Source: Acidobacteriota bacterium (GTDB lineage Bacteria > Acidobacteriota > Thermoanaerobaculia > UBA5066). From it: 64,000 nucleotides of DNA. Below, one piece after another: positions 18,435-28,655 of this stretch. Within the stretch, counting starts at the first letter, position 1. Every line of letters starts with the position of its first letter. The notes beneath the pieces were generated by a model that saw nothing but the letters and a program-made list of their open reading frames with translations, had not been told where the DNA came from and did not search any database. The stretch is from contig DAIOUV010000005.1 of assembly GCA_036759345.1 (NCBI GenBank), positions 56,246 through 120,245 of the forward strand. Reading direction: 5' to 3'. Both the position numbers and the translations under genes were made by a program.

Positions 18435-19219
18435 GCGGCGGCCGGCTCGCGCTATGGCCCGCGATCGACCTCATGGGTGGACGCGTGGTCCGGCTGCTCC
18501 AGGGCAAGCGCGAGGCCGTTACGTTCTACGACGAGCCGCCGGCCGAGGCCGCGAAGCGATTTGCGGCGGAAGGCGCCGACGGCATTCACGTCGTGGACCT
18601 CGATGCCGCTTTCGGAGCGGAAAACAACCGGAACAACCGGAAAGAGATCGACGAAATTCTTTCTGTTTCGGAGGCTTTCGGGATGGCAGTGCAGGTTGGG
18701 GGAGGTTTCCGGTCGCAGGAGGCAGTGGAAGATTTCTTAGAAGGGGTGAGTACCGCTCGGGCTGTTGTCGGCAGCTTGCCATTCCTCGACCGCCCCGCCT
18801 TCATTCACCTTCTAAGAAAATCTTCCTTTCCTTCTCTGGCGTCCCGCATCGTCGTTGCCCTCGACTGCAAGGATGGCCGCCCGACGGTGCGCGGGTGGAC
18901 CGAGGACGCGGGAGCGGGCGACGCCGTGTCGGTGGCCCGTTCGTTCGCCGCTCTCGGCGTCGGTACGTTGCTCGTCACGGACGTCGCGTGCGACGGAGCG
19001 ATGACGGGCCCGAACCTCGGACTTCTCTCCGCCGTGCGCGCCGTGTTCGCGGGCGAGATTCTGGCGTCAGGCGGCATGCGCGGCGAAGAAGATCTCGCCG
19101 CCGTCGACCGCGCGCTCGCGGGCGGGCCCCGCGGCGCCATCTTCGGCCGCGCGTTGCACGGCGGAGCCACGACCGTGGCGAAGCTCAAGGCGGCGCGGGA
19201 TCTCGGGAGGTCTTCATGA
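18431..19219 (+). CDS. hisA: ProFAR isomerase (1-(5-phosphoribosyl)-5-[(5-phosphoribosylamino)methylideneamino]imidazole-4-carboxamide isomerase)
   Basis: [15 protein letters not shown]…QVGGGFRS…[15 protein letters not shown]…; contains an internal 22-bp inverted repeat pair and a TTA codon (see findings). Confidence 0.88.
   Translation: MSGGRLALWPAIDLMGGRVVRLLQGKREAVTFYDEPPAEAAKRFAAEGADGIHVVDLDAAFGAENNRNNRKEIDEILSVSEAFGMAVQVGGGFRSQEAVEDFLEGVSTARAVVGSLPFLDRPAFIHLLRKSSFPSLASRIVVALDCKDGRPTVRGWTEDAGAGDAVSVARSFAALGVGTLLVTDVACDGAMTGPNLGLLSAVRAVFAGEILASGGMRGEEDLAAVDRALAGGPRGAIFGRALHGGATTVAKLKAARDLGRSS
18727..18750 (+). repeat. AT-rich dispersed motif copy B (forward) inside hisA
   Basis: GGAAGATTTCTTAGAAGGGGTGAG; contains TTA codon; inverted partner at 18806-18827. 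Confidence 0.75.
18806..18827 (-). repeat. AT-rich dispersed motif copy C (reverse) inside hisA
   Basis: TCACCTTCTAAGAAAATCTTCC = reverse complement GGAAGATTTTCTTAGAAGGTGA; ~21/22 match to copy B. Confidence 0.75.
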
Positions 19220-20658
19220 CCCTCGCCGTGCGCGTTATTCCGTGCCTGGACGTCGCGGACGGCCGCGTCGTGAAGGGCGTCTCGTTCGAGCACCTCCGCG
19301 ACGCGGGGGATCCGGTCGAGGCGGCCGCGCGCTACGAGGCCGAGGGGGCCGACGAGGTGGCCTTCCTCGACATCGCGGCCGCGCAGGAGAAGCGGGGGAC
19401 GCTCGTGGAGCTCGTGGGGCGCGTGGCCGAGGCGCTGTCGATTCCCTTCACCGTGGGCGGCGGCGTGCGCTCCGTGGAGGACGCGGACGCACTCCTGAGA
19501 GCCGGCGCCGACCGGGTCACGGTGAACACGGCCGCGGTCGAGGACCCCTCCCTTATCACGCGCCTCGCCGAGCGCTTCGGGGCGCAGTGTGTCGTCGTCG
19601 CGATCGACGGAAAGCGGCTGCGCGATCCGAACGGGCTCGCGGTGATGCGCGTGACGACCCATGGCGGGAGGCGTCCGGTCGACCGCACGGTGACGTCCTG
19701 GGCGGCCGCGGCGGCCGCGGCGGGTGCCGGAGAGATCCTGCTCACGTCCGTCGACGCGGATGGCACCTTGGCGGGGTTCGATCTCGAAATGCTGCGCGCC
19801 GTGCGCTCCGTCGTCGACGTGCCGGTCGTGGCCTCGGGAGGCGCGGGCCGGCTCGATGATTTCGCGAAGGCGGTTCTCATCGGGGGCGCCGACGCCGTGC
19901 TCGCGGCATCCGTCTTCCACGACCGTCTCTTCACGGTCGGCGCGGTCAAAGAGGCGATGCGGCGGGCCGGCCTCCCGGTGCGTCCCGCGCCGGCCCACGC
20001 GCGCACGCTGCTTCCCCGCTACGACCAGAACGGGCTCGTTCCAGTGATCACGCGGGACGTTGCGACCGGCAAAGTCCTCACGCTCGCGTGGGCGAACGCG
20101 GACGCGATCGCGAAGACGCGCGAGACTGGCCTCGCGCATTTTTACAGCCGGTCCCGGAAGGCGCTGTGGCGGAAGGGGGAGACCTCGGGGAACATCCAGC
20201 GCGTCGCGGGAATTTCCATCGACTGCGATGCCGACGCCGTGCTGTACGACGTGCGCCCGTCTGGTCCCGCCTGCCACACGGGAGCGGAATCGTGCTTTAC
20301 GCGCGTGGAGAGCTTCGACGCGGTCGACCTTCCGGAGGCGACCTCTTTGGACGCCGATGGGCTCGACCTCACCGAGCTCTTCGCCGTCGTGAGGGACCGG
20401 AAGGAGTCGCCCGTCGCGGGCTCCTATACGAACAGGCTCCTCGACGACGGGGTCGCGCGCATCGCCCAGAAAGTGGGGGAGGAAGCCGTCGAGACGGCGC
20501 TCGCGTCGGTGACGGGCGACGGCAACGCCCTCGCGGGAGAGGCGGCGGATCTTCTCTATCATCTCGTGGTCCTTCTCACGGCGCGCGGGGTCGCGCCGGG
20601 CGATGTCGCCGCGAGACTCGCCGAGCGCCGAGGCGCCGCCAGGCGCGAGAAGCCGTGA
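19216..20658 (+). CDS. hisF-hisIE: Trifunctional fusion: imidazole glycerol phosphate synthase cyclase subunit HisF / phosphoribosyl-AMP cyclohydrolase HisI / phosphoribosyl-ATP pyrophosphatase HisE
   Basis: HisF (…[16 protein letters not shown]…VGGGVRS…) ~255 aa, in-frame continuation into HisI (…[21 protein letters not shown]…GETSGNIQ…CHTG…) and HisE (…LYHLVVLL…) with no intervening stop in the 480-aa ORF. Confidence 0.75.
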   Translation: MTLAVRVIPCLDVADGRVVKGVSFEHLRDAGDPVEAAARYEAEGADEVAFLDIAAAQEKRGTLVELVGRVAEALSIPFTVGGGVRSVEDADALLRAGADRVTVNTAAVEDPSLITRLAERFGAQCVVVAIDGKRLRDPNGLAVMRVTTHGGRRPVDRTVTSWAAAAAAAGAGEILLTSVDADGTLAGFDLEMLRAVRSVVDVPVVASGGAGRLDDFAKAVLIGGADAVLAASVFHDRLFTVGAVKEAMRRAGLPVRPAPAHARTLLPRYDQNGLVPVITRDVATGKVLTLAWANADAIAKTRETGLAHFYSRSRKALWRKGETSGNIQRVAGISIDCDADAVLYDVRPSGPACHTGAESCFTRVESFDAVDLPEATSLDADGLDLTELFAVVRDRKESPVAGSYTNRLLDDGVARIAQKVGEEAVETALASVTGDGNALAGEAADLLYHLVVLLTARGVAPGDVAARLAERRGAARREKP

Positions 20659-22031
20659 AGCGCCTCCATCGCCTCGTCGTGGTCGAGCGGCCGGCGGACC
20701 TCACGACTCCGGTGGCCCTCATGCGCGGCCTTCTCGCGGGAGACGGGCCGTGCTTCCTTCTCGAATCGGTCGAGGGCGGCGACCGCGTGGCGCGGTGGTC
20801 CTTTCTCGGGGCGTCGCCCTCGGGAGAGATCTCCGGCCGGGATACGGACCCGTTCGCCGCCCTCAGGGCGCTGCCTCGCGACGAGGCCGCGAGCGGGGAA
20901 GACGACCTTCCGCCCTTCACCGGAGGAGCGGTCGGGTACGCGGGCTACGACGCCGTGCGGCGCCTCGAGCGTCTCCCGGCGACGAACCCCGACCCGATCG
21001 GACTGCCGGACGCGTGGTTCGGGATCTTCGACGCGGTCATCGCCTTCGACCACGTGCGGCACCGCCTCCTCTTCGTGACGCACGCTGCGAATGGCGACGA
21101 AGCCTCCGCGCGCTCCCGTCTGAAAGCGCTCGAGAAGCGGGCGCTCACCCGGAGCGGCAAAACGCGCTCAAAGCCTCTGTCTCCTCTTACTTTCGAAGAA
21201 TCTTCTCCCCGTGCTTTCTACCTCGCCGCGGTCGAGCGAGCGAAAGAGCACATCCGCGCGGGCGACGTCTTCCAGGTCGTCCTCTCGCGCCGCTGGTCCG
21301 CGCCCTTTGACGGCGACCCGTTCGCGGTCTACCGGGCGCTGCGGTCTATCAGCCCGTCGCCGTACCAGTACTTCCTGAGGACGCCGGACGGCACGATCTT
21401 CGGGGCCTCGCCCGAGCGTCTCGTGCGCGTCGCGGCGGCCCCCGGCGGCGCAATCGTGGAGACGATCCCTCTCGCGGGCACCCGCCCGCGCGGCGCGACG
21501 CGTGAAGAAGACCTCGCGCTTGAGAAGGAGCTCCTCGCCGATCCGAAGGAGCGCGCGGAGCACGTGATGCTCGTGGATCTCGGGAGAAACGACCTCGGCC
21601 GCGTCGCGAAGGCCGGGAGCGTGCGCGTGAAAGACTTCTTCCGCGTCGAGCGCTATTCCCATGTCATGCACATCGCCTCGCGCGTGACCGGCGTTCTCGC
21701 CGAGGGGAAGGACGCCGTCGACGCCCTAGTGGCGACGTTTCCGGCCGGGACGCTGACGGGAGCGCCCAAAATACGCGCGATGGAGATCATCGAGGACCTC
21801 GAGCCGGTGAGGCGCGGAGCCTACGGCGGCACAGTGGGCTACCTCGACTTCGCAGGAAACCTCGACGTGGCCATCGCGATCCGGACGGCCGTCGTCGCGA
21901 ACGGCACTCTCCACGTGCAGGCCGGCGCCGGCATCGTCGCCGACTCGGACCCGGAGGCCGAAGCCACCGAGTGCGAGAACAAGGCGCGCGCTCTCATGCG
22001 TGCGGTGGAAGAGGCGGGGACGTACCGATGA
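20655..22031 (+). CDS. trpE: Anthranilate synthase component I
   Basis: GTG overlapping hisF-IE stop; …LLESVEGG…, …SPERLVRV…, …[12 protein letters not shown]… chorismate-binding signature. Confidence 0.88.
   Translation: MKRLHRLVVVERPADLTTPVALMRGLLAGDGPCFLLESVEGGDRVARWSFLGASPSGEISGRDTDPFAALRALPRDEAASGEDDLPPFTGGAVGYAGYDAVRRLERLPATNPDPIGLPDAWFGIFDAVIAFDHVRHRLLFVTHAANGDEASARSRLKALEKRALTRSGKTRSKPLSPLTFEESSPRAFYLAAVERAKEHIRAGDVFQVVLSRRWSAPFDGDPFAVYRALRSISPSPYQYFLRTPDGTIFGASPERLVRVAAAPGGAIVETIPLAGTRPRGATREEDLALEKELLADPKERAEHVMLVDLGRNDLGRVAKAGSVRVKDFFRVERYSHVMHIASRVTGVLAEGKDAVDALVATFPAGTLTGAPKIRAMEIIEDLEPVRRGAYGGTVGYLDFAGNLDVAIAIRTAVVANGTLHVQAGAGIVADSDPEAEATECENKARALMRAVEEAGTYR
21183..21208 (-). 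repeat. Degenerate reverse-orientation motif copy J inside trpE
   Basis: CCTCTTACTTTCGAAGAATCTTCTCC; weaker match (CCTCTT tail + TTCGAAGAATCTTC core). Confidence 0.35.
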
Positions 22032-22597
22032 TCCTCGTCGTCGACAACTACGACTCCTTCACCTACAACCTCGTCCAGATCCTCTCCATGTTCGACGGCG
22101 ACGTGCGCGTCGTACGAAACGACGCGCTCACCGTGGACGCGGTCCTTGCCGCGAAGCCGGATCGGCTCGTCGTGTCTCCGGGGCCGGGCCGGCCGGAAGA
22201 CGCGGGAATCTCGTGCGAACTGATCCGCCGGAACGACCGCATCCCGCTGCTCGGCGTCTGTCTCGGCCATCAGGCCCTCGGGGCCGTGTTCGGCGGAACG
22301 GTTTCCCGCGCGCCGGTCCTCATGCACGGCAAGACCTCGGAAATCGCGCACGAGGGGACGGGGATCTTCGCGGGGCTCCCGAACCCTTTCACGGCCACGC
22401 GATACCACTCCCTCATCGTGGAGCGGGATTCGGTTCCGGCGGCGCTCAGGATCACCGCCACGACCGAAGACGGGCTCGTGATGGGCCTCGCCCATCGGAC
22501 TCTCCCTCTCGTGGGCGTGCAGTTCCATCCCGAGTCGATTCTCACGAAGGAGGGGGAGCGGCTCCTGAAGAACTTCGTGGACGGGCGGCTCGCATGA
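22028..22597 (+). CDS. trpG: Anthranilate synthase component II (glutamine amidotransferase)
   Basis: [17 protein letters not shown]…GVCLGHQALG…QFHPESI; ATG overlaps trpE stop. Confidence 0.9.
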   Translation: MILVVDNYDSFTYNLVQILSMFDGDVRVVRNDALTVDAVLAAKPDRLVVSPGPGRPEDAGISCELIRRNDRIPLLGVCLGHQALGAVFGGTVSRAPVLMHGKTSEIAHEGTGIFAGLPNPFTATRYHSLIVERDSVPAALRITATTEDGLVMGLAHRTLPLVGVQFHPESILTKEGERLLKNFVDGRLA

Positions 22598-23631
22598 CGA
22601 CGGCCGTCCACAGTGCGCTCCGGACGGTGGCGCGCGGCGCGCGGCTGACGCGAGCGGAAATGCGCGCCGCCGTGTCGGCGCTTCTCGACGAGGACGTCCC
22701 CGGGGCGATCGTGGGCGGCCTCCTCGCGGCGCTCGCGGCCCGAGGCGAAACAATCGAGGCCGTGGCGGGCGCCGTGGACGTCCTCCGGGCGCGAGCGATG
22801 CGGCCGCCCGTGGATGAGGCGCTGGCCGCCCGCTCCATCGACGTCTGCGGAACAGGGGGCGACGGGCTCGGCACCTTCAACGTCTCGACCGCCGCCGCCT
22901 TCGTCGTCGCGGGCGCGGGGACGCCCGTCGCCAAGCATGGGAACCGCGCCGTCTCCTCGGCCTGCGGCTCGGCCGACGTCCTCGTCGCGCTCGGCGTGGA
23001 CATCGAGATGCCTCCGGGCCGCGCCGCCGAGGCGCTCGCGCGCGCGAACGTCACGTTCTTCTTCGCGCCGCTCTACCACCCCGCGATGAAGAAGGTCGGC
23101 CCGATCCGGCGCGAGCTGGGAGTCCGCACGGTATTCAACCTCGCCGGACCCCTTTCGAATCCCCTCGGCGTCACCCGGCAGATCGTCGGGGTGGATCACC
23201 CCGAGCGGGTCCCCGTGATCGCGGGGGCCCTCGCGGAGCTCGGCACCGAGCGCGCGCTGGTTTTCTCTCACGAGACCGGCGGCGACGAGCTGCTGCCCTT
23301 CGGGCGCACGTTCGCGGCGGACGTGCGCGGTCCCCATGTCCAGCTCCTCGAGCTCTCCGCCCTGGACTTCGGCCTCGAGGAGGGGAGCCCCGATCCCCTG
23401 AAGGGCGGGGATGCCGGCACGAACGCGGAGATCCTGCGCGCGATCCTCGGCGGCTTCCGGCGCGACGCGCGGGACGTCGTCCTGATGAATGCCGCCGCCG
23501 CGCTCGTCGTCTCGGGGCTGGCCGCGGACTACCGGGAAGGCGTCGCGCGGGCGGCGCGATCGATCGACGAGGGGAAGGCCCGGGAAGCGCTCGATGCGCT
23601 CGTCCGGATCTCGAAAGGGGGCGCCTCGTGA
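22594..23631 (+). CDS. trpD: Anthranilate phosphoribosyltransferase
   Basis: …DVCGTGGDGLGTFNVSTAAAFV…KHGNRAVSS… canonical TrpD motifs; ATG overlaps trpG stop. Confidence 0.9.
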   Translation: MTTAVHSALRTVARGARLTRAEMRAAVSALLDEDVPGAIVGGLLAALAARGETIEAVAGAVDVLRARAMRPPVDEALAARSIDVCGTGGDGLGTFNVSTAAAFVVAGAGTPVAKHGNRAVSSACGSADVLVALGVDIEMPPGRAAEALARANVTFFFAPLYHPAMKKVGPIRRELGVRTVFNLAGPLSNPLGVTRQIVGVDHPERVPVIAGALAELGTERALVFSHETGGDELLPFGRTFAADVRGPHVQLLELSALDFGLEEGSPDPLKGGDAGTNAEILRAILGGFRRDARDVVLMNAAAALVVSGLAADYREGVARAARSIDEGKAREALDALVRISKGGAS

Positions 23632-23643
23632 ACGCGCCCGAGA

Positions 23644-23670
23644 GGAAGATTTCTTTGAAAGGGAAGAGGG
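23644..23670 (+). repeat. AT-rich dispersed motif copy D (forward) overlapping trpCF RBS
   Basis: GGAAGATTTCTTTGAAAGGGAAGAGGG immediately upstream of the GTG start of trpCF. Confidence 0.7.
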
Positions 23671-23671
23671 C

Positions 23672-25117
23672 GTGAGCGGCTCGATTCTGGGGGAGATTCT
23701 CGCCGCCAAGAGGCGCCGCATCGCGGCGGGCGAGTTCACGGCCGAGACCGCGCGCGCGCGATCTCGCGCCGGGGCAGGCCTGTTCGCCGCTTCGCCGGAT
23801 GGCGCATCCTTCACTGCGGCCCTCTCTTCCTCTTCGAATTCCTTTTCTAAGCAGAATCTTCTGCTTTCTTTTCTTTCTGAAATAAAGCACCGCTCTCCGA
23901 GCGCGGGGCTGATCCTTCCCGACGCGTCCTCGCGAATCGAATCCGTCGCGTGCGCCTATCGCCGCGGCGGGGCGTCGGCCCTCTCCGTCGTCATCGAGCA
24001 GGACTTCTTCGGCGGCGATCCGTCGTGGCTGCCCCGTGCGAAGGCGGCGTCGGGGCTGCCCGTTCTGATGAAGGACTTCGTCGTGGACGAGGTCCAGCTG
24101 GACTTCGCCGCGGCCCTCGGCGCTGACGCGGTGCTGCTCATCGTGTCCGCTCTCGACGGCGAGACGCTCTCGCGGCTGCATGGGGCCGCGCGCTTCCGCG
24201 GGCTCGCGGTCCTCGTGGAGGCGCACGACGAGACCGAGATCCGGCGGGCGCTGGCCGTGGGCGCGGAGGTCGTCGCGGTGAATGCGCGCGACCTCGGGAC
24301 GTTTGCCGTCGACCTGCCCGGAATGGCCCGTCTCGGTGCGCTTCTGCCTCCGTCGGTCGTCCGCGTGGCCGAGAGCGGCATCAAGACCCGAGCGGACGTG
24401 GAGACCCTCTCCGCGGCGGGCTACGGAGCCTTCCTCGTCGGCGAAACGCTCCTCCGTGCTGCGGATCCGGCGCGCGCTCTGCGCGAGCTGCGCGGCGAGA
24501 ACGCGACCGAGATCAAGATTTGCGGCGTCACGCGCGAAGAGGACGTCGACACGTGCATGGAGCTCGGCGTGGACTGGATCGGGCTCATCTTCGCGGCGCG
24601 ATCGACGCGTCGGTTGACGCCGGAAAGAGGGATTTCTTTGAAGGAAAGAGCGCGGGCGGCCAAGGGTGTCGTGGCGGTTTTCGACGAGGAGACGTCCGAG
24701 GACGACGTCTTGAGCATCGTCAAACGTGTCTGCCCCGACGCCATTCAAATGCCGAACCCCCCTCTTCCCCTTCAAGAGAAATTCTCTTCGGTCCTTTCTT
24801 TCTGGAACACCATCCGCGTCGGACGCGATGACCTCGCGTATGTGGGAAATCGCACGGGCGCTGCACTCCACTTCGACACCTCCGTCGCCGGACTCTCCGG
24901 AGGGACGGGCAAGACCTTCGACTGGACTCTTCTATCCGCTGTCGATCGATCGCGCCCGGTGATTCTCGCGGGCGGCCTTAAACCCGAAAACGTGGCGGAC
25001 GCCGTAAGGATGGTGAAGCCCGACGTCGTGGACGTGGCGTCGGGAGTGGAGTCCGCGCCGGGAATCAAGGATCGGGCGAAAATCGCCGCGTTCGTGAGGG
25101 AGGTCCGTGGTGTCTGA
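23672..25117 (+). CDS. trpCF: Bifunctional indole-3-glycerol-phosphate synthase / phosphoribosylanthranilate isomerase
   Basis: GTG start after GGGAAGAGGG RBS; TrpC (…[13 protein letters not shown]…, …NARDL…) fused in frame to TrpF (…IKICGVT…, …FDWTLL…, …[11 protein letters not shown]…). Confidence 0.82.
   Translation: MSGSILGEILAAKRRRIAAGEFTAETARARSRAGAGLFAASPDGASFTAALSSSSNSFSKQNLLLSFLSEIKHRSPSAGLILPDASSRIESVACAYRRGGASALSVVIEQDFFGGDPSWLPRAKAASGLPVLMKDFVVDEVQLDFAAALGADAVLLIVSALDGETLSRLHGAARFRGLAVLVEAHDETEIRRALAVGAEVVAVNARDLGTFAVDLPGMARLGALLPPSVVRVAESGIKTRADVETLSAAGYGAFLVGETLLRAADPARALRELRGENATEIKICGVTREEDVDTCMELGVDWIGLIFAARSTRRLTPERGISLKERARAAKGVVAVFDEETSEDDVLSIVKRVCPDAIQMPNPPLPLQEKFSSVLSFWNTIRVGRDDLAYVGNRTGAALHFDTSVAGLSGGTGKTFDWTLLSAVDRSRPVILAGGLKPENVADAVRMVKPDVVDVASGVESAPGIKDRAKIAAFVREVRGV
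23829..23861 (-). repeat. AT-rich dispersed motif copy K (reverse) inside trpC
   Basis: CCTCTTCGAATTCCTTTTCTAAGCAGAATCTTC; reverse-orientation copy with a 2-nt insertion, ~185 bp downstream of copy D. Confidence 0.55.
24622..24652 (+). repeat. AT-rich dispersed motif copy E (forward) inside trpF part of trpCF
   Basis: GGAAAGAGGGATTTCTTTGAAGGAAAGAGCG; encodes …[10 protein letters not shown]… (same ISLK reading as copy A in cysS). Confidence 0.7.
24761..24791 (-). repeat. AT-rich dispersed motif copy F (reverse) inside trpF
   Basis: CCTCTTCCCCTTCAAGAGAAATTCTCTTCGG; similar to copy G; ~140 bp downstream of copy E. Confidence 0.55.
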
Positions 25118-26330
25118 AGCGACTGGATCCAAATTTCGCCCGCCCGAGGCGGACGCTCAGGGGCGCTTCGGGGCGTTCGGGGGGCGCTTCGTCCCGGAGA
25201 CGCTCATGGCGCCCCTCGAGGAGCTGACGCGCGCCTACAAGGACGCTCGCCGCGATCCCGCTTTCCGGCGCGAGCTGGATGGACTCCTGAAGACATACGC
25301 GGGCCGGCCGACGCCCCTCACGTATGCGAAGCGCCTGTCCGAGAGTCTGGGCGGCGCGAGGATCTTTCTGAAGCGCGAGGACCTCCTCCACACGGGAGCG
25401 CACAAGATCAACAACGCGCTCGGGCAGGCCCTCCTCACGAAGAGGATGGGTAAGACGCGCGTCATCGCGGAGACCGGCGCCGGACAGCACGGCGTGGCCG
25501 CGGCGACGGCGTGCGCCCTCCTCGGCCTCGAGTGCGTCGTCTACATGGGAGCCGTCGACATGGAGCGGCAGGCGCTGAACGTCTACCGGATGAAGCTGCT
25601 CGGCGCGACGGTCGTGCCCGTGACGGGCGGCACGCGCACGCTCAAGGACGCGATCAACGAGGCCATGCGCGACTGGGTCGCGACGACCGCGACGACGCAC
25701 TACATTCTCGGGTCGGTTCTCGGGCCGCATCCGTTTCCGACCATGGTGCGCGATTTCCATTCCGTGATCGGGCGGGAGGCCCTCGCGCAGAGCCGCAAAG
25801 CCCTCGGAAAGCTACCCGACCTCCTCGTCGCGTGCGTGGGGGGGGGCTCGAACGCGATCGGCCTCTTCCGGGAATTCCTGCCGTTCCCGGGCGTCGAGAT
25901 GGTCGGCGTCGAGGCCGGGGGGCGCAGCCTCGCGCCCGGCGAGCACGCGGCCCGTTTCGGGCCGGGTTCCGTCGGCGTCCTCCATGGCACGCGCACTCTC
26001 ATCCTGCAGGACGCGGACGGACAGGTGCTCCCGACGCATTCCGTGTCCGCGGGTCTCGACTATCCGGCCGTGGGACCCGAGCATGCGCGCCTCGCCGAGC
26101 TCGGACGGACCCACTACGTCTCCGTGAGCGACGAGGCGGCGCTCGCGGCGTTCCACCGCCTCGCCGAGACGGAAGGGATCATCCCGGCCCTCGAGACGGC
26201 GCACGCCGTGGCCTGGGCCATCGAGGAGGCGCGCCGCCGCCCGAAGAGCGCCACGATTCTCGTGAATCTCTCCGGCCGCGGCGACAAGGACGTCGTCTCG
26301 GTGGCGCGGCGCGAGGGCGTGGAACTTTGA
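25107..26330 (+). CDS. trpB: Tryptophan synthase beta chain
   Basis: …[10 protein letters not shown]…, …[19 protein letters not shown]…, …GGGSNAIG… PLP enzyme signature. Confidence 0.92.
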   Translation: MVSEATGSKFRPPEADAQGRFGAFGGRFVPETLMAPLEELTRAYKDARRDPAFRRELDGLLKTYAGRPTPLTYAKRLSESLGGARIFLKREDLLHTGAHKINNALGQALLTKRMGKTRVIAETGAGQHGVAAATACALLGLECVVYMGAVDMERQALNVYRMKLLGATVVPVTGGTRTLKDAINEAMRDWVATTATTHYILGSVLGPHPFPTMVRDFHSVIGREALAQSRKALGKLPDLLVACVGGGSNAIGLFREFLPFPGVEMVGVEAGGRSLAPGEHAARFGPGSVGVLHGTRTLILQDADGQVLPTHSVSAGLDYPAVGPEHARLAELGRTHYVSVSDEAALAAFHRLAETEGIIPALETAHAVAWAIEEARRRPKSATILVNLSGRGDKDVVSVARREGVEL

Positions 26331-27145
26331 ATCCTGTGAATCGAATTGGGCGGGCCTTCGCGAAGGCTCGGGCCTCCGGACGGGCGGCGCTGATCGTCTT
26401 CGTCGAGGCGGGCGATCCCGATCTCGGCACGACCCGCCGGCTTCTTCCGGAGCTCGCGGAGGCGGGGGCCGACGTGATCGAGCTCGGGATCCCGTTCAGC
26501 GATCCGCTCGCGGACGGGCCCGTGATCCAGCGCGCGAGCGAACGCGCGCTCGCCGCGGGAACGACGCTTGGAGGCGCGCTCGGCGTCCTCGCCGAGCTGC
26601 GCGCCGCGCGCTTCGCGACGCCCGTCGTGATCTTCAGCTATGCGAATCCGATCCTCGCGATGGGGGAGGCCGAGTTCGCGAACCGGGCGGCGGAGGCGGG
26701 CGCGGACGGCGTTCTCGTGACCGACCTCCCGCCGGAAGAGGGCCGCCCCTTCGCGTCGGTTCTGAAGAGCGCGAAGCTCGATCCCGTCTACCTCGTCGCG
26801 CCCACGTCGCCGGACGAGCGCATCCGCAGGGCCGGGTCGCTCTCGCGCGGCTTTCTCTACGTCGTATCGCGGGCGGGCATAACGGGCGCGCGCGCGGCCC
26901 TGCCCGAGGGGCTCCTTGCTCTCGTGTCTCGCGTGCGGCAGCAGGTGCCGCGTCTCCCGGTCGCGGTGGGCTTCGGCGTCTCGACGCCGGAGCAGGTCGG
27001 AGAGGTCGCCTCACTTGCGGACGGCGTCGTCGTGGGGAGCGCGGTCGTGGCCGCGATGGAAGCGGCCCGCGCGGCCGGCCGGGATCCCGTCGAAGCGGCG
27101 GCCGCCTTCGTCCGCGCCCTCGCGGCGGCCACGCCGAAAGGCTGA
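26327..27145 (+). CDS. trpA: Tryptophan synthase alpha chain
   Basis: …[13 protein letters not shown]…[21 protein letters not shown]… ; TTG at 26327 overlapping trpB stop or GTG at 26336. Confidence 0.85.
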   Translation: MNPVNRIGRAFAKARASGRAALIVFVEAGDPDLGTTRRLLPELAEAGADVIELGIPFSDPLADGPVIQRASERALAAGTTLGGALGVLAELRAARFATPVVIFSYANPILAMGEAEFANRAAEAGADGVLVTDLPPEEGRPFASVLKSAKLDPVYLVAPTSPDERIRRAGSLSRGFLYVVSRAGITGARAALPEGLLALVSRVRQQVPRLPVAVGFGVSTPEQVGEVASLADGVVVGSAVVAAMEAARAAGRDPVEAAAAFVRALAAATPKG

Positions 27146-27146
27146 C

Positions 27147-27734
27147 GTGTCCGGGGACGACCCGGGGCGGTCTTCCCGGATCTCGAGGGCCGGCCGCAAG
27201 GCCCTCGCGGCGCACCCCCTCACGCCGCGGCATGCGGCGCTGCGATGCCTCGAGGATCTCCTGTGGCGCGACCTGCTGGACGTCGGCCGCGAGGCGCGCA
27301 CGCCTCCGCCCGTGCGGGCCGCGGCGAACCGCAAGCTCGAAGAGGCGCTCCGGTTTCTCGCCATCGGCGAGAAGATCGCGGTGGCCCGGTTCACGTCGTC
27401 CGCGCTCTTTCCGGCTCTCCTCGACGAGCCGGACATCCGCGTTCTCGAGGCGGTCCTCGCGAACTCGAGGCTCACGACCGAGGACCTTCAGCGCTGGCTC
27501 GCCACGGGGCATCCTCGACCGGAAGCGCTCGCTTTTCTCGCGCGCGACCCGCGCTGGGCGAGCCGGCCCGCGATCCGGATCGCGCTTCTGACGCATCGCG
27601 CGACGCCCCGCTCAGCGGCGCTTTCGCTCCTGACGTCGGCCTCGCGCGGCGAGTGGCGGCGGCTCGCGGAAGACCCGAACGTCGACGCTCTGCTCTCCGC
27701 CTGTGCGCGAGATTTGCTCGAAAACGGCCCCTAG
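27147..27734 (+). CDS. Hypothetical alpha-helical protein (last gene of trp operon)
   Basis: GTG overlapping trpA stop; 195 aa, Arg/Leu/Ala-rich helical repeats; no recognisable catalytic motif. Confidence 0.45.
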   Translation: MSGDDPGRSSRISRAGRKALAAHPLTPRHAALRCLEDLLWRDLLDVGREARTPPPVRAAANRKLEEALRFLAIGEKIAVARFTSSALFPALLDEPDIRVLEAVLANSRLTTEDLQRWLATGHPRPEALAFLARDPRWASRPAIRIALLTHRATPRSAALSLLTSASRGEWRRLAEDPNVDALLSACARDLLENGP

Positions 27735-27738
27735 TCCG

Positions 27739-27767
27739 TTGACAGGAGCGGTAAGTCATCTTAAGCT
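27739..27767 (+). promoter_or_regulatory. Sigma-70-like promoter upstream of rodZ-like gene
   Basis: TTGACA (27739-27744), 17-bp spacer, TAAGCT (27762-27767); GGGGA RBS then GTG start at 27788. Confidence 0.5.
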
Positions 27768-27787
27768 AACACGTTACGGGGATTCGG

Positions 27788-28615
27788 GTGACTGCGGAGA
27801 CTGCTCAGGAATTCGGCGAAGAACTTCGCCGCGAACGCGAGCTTCGAGACGTGAGCCGGGAACAACTCTCGGCCGCAACGAAGGTTTCGATGCGGCACAT
27901 CGCCGCGCTCGAGTCCGGCCGTTACGAGCAGCTTCCGGCCGGCGTCTTCTCGAAAGGCTTCGTGAAGGTGATCGCGCTGCATCTCGGTCTCGATGCCGAG
28001 CGCGCCGTCGCCGCCTTCCGGCACGTGCACGCGGGCTGGGAAGAGGACTGGGCGAAGCGTCAGCGCCAGGCGCCGACGAGCACGGCCGGTCTTCGCCTCT
28101 CGACGCCCCGGCGGGCAGTGTCGTCCTCGACGACGCTCCGCGGGATCGCCATCGCGCTGGTCCTCGCCGCCGTGACGGGCGCCGCGGCGTTCCTCAGGTC
28201 GCGCGGCGTTGAGCGCCGCGGTCCTGCCGCCTCGGCGGCCCCGGTCGCGCGCACCGAGAGCGGCCCGGCATCCCTGGCGCTTCCGCCCATGGTTGCGGCC
28301 GCGACGGTGGCCCTGCCGGCGGGCACCTCTCTGCCGAGCGCCTTCTCCTCCGCGGCCCCGTCGCCTGGGAGAACGCTTTCCCTCACCTTTCGTGACGAGT
28401 GCTGGGCCGAAGTCCTCGTGGACGGAAAGCTCGTCGTGCGCGGGCTCTTCCCGAAGGGTTCGCGCCGCGAGTTCTCGAATGGCGGTACGTTCACGCTCAC
28501 GCTCGGAAACGCCGGCGCGGTCGACGTCGTCGTGGACGGTCGTTCCCTCGGCGTGCTGGGCGGCGACCACGAGATCGTCAAGAACTACGTCATCGACGCG
28601 GCCCGGAAGGGTTGA
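27788..28615 (+). CDS. rodZ: RodZ-like cytoskeleton protein (XRE-type HTH + TM + DUF4115)
   Basis: N-terminal HTH (…LSAATKVSMRHIAALESGRYEQLP…), central TM helix (IAIALVLAAVTGAAAFL), C-terminal DUF4115-like beta domain (…EVLVDGKLVVRGLF…TLTLGNAGAVDVVVDG…). Confidence 0.7.
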   Translation: MTAETAQEFGEELRRERELRDVSREQLSAATKVSMRHIAALESGRYEQLPAGVFSKGFVKVIALHLGLDAERAVAAFRHVHAGWEEDWAKRQRQAPTSTAGLRLSTPRRAVSSSTTLRGIAIALVLAAVTGAAAFLRSRGVERRGPAASAAPVARTESGPASLALPPMVAAATVALPAGTSLPSAFSSAAPSPGRTLSLTFRDECWAEVLVDGKLVVRGLFPKGSRREFSNGGTFTLTLGNAGAVDVVVDGRSLGVLGGDHEIVKNYVIDAARKG

Positions 28616-28655
28616 CCCGGGCGGAGCGCCGAAGGACCGGGCGTAAGCTCGACCC

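Noticed and set aside
18727-18850. Initial idea that the AT-rich patches in hisA, trpC, trpF, mpg and rimO are in-frame MITE/RPE-like insertions adding peptide segments
   Set aside because: Alignment from memory to E. coli HisA, TrpC, TrpF and RimO shows the encoded residues correspond to native conserved segments (e.g. GETEEDF of MTTases), with at most a few extra residues. The motif is therefore written into existing codons rather than inserted.
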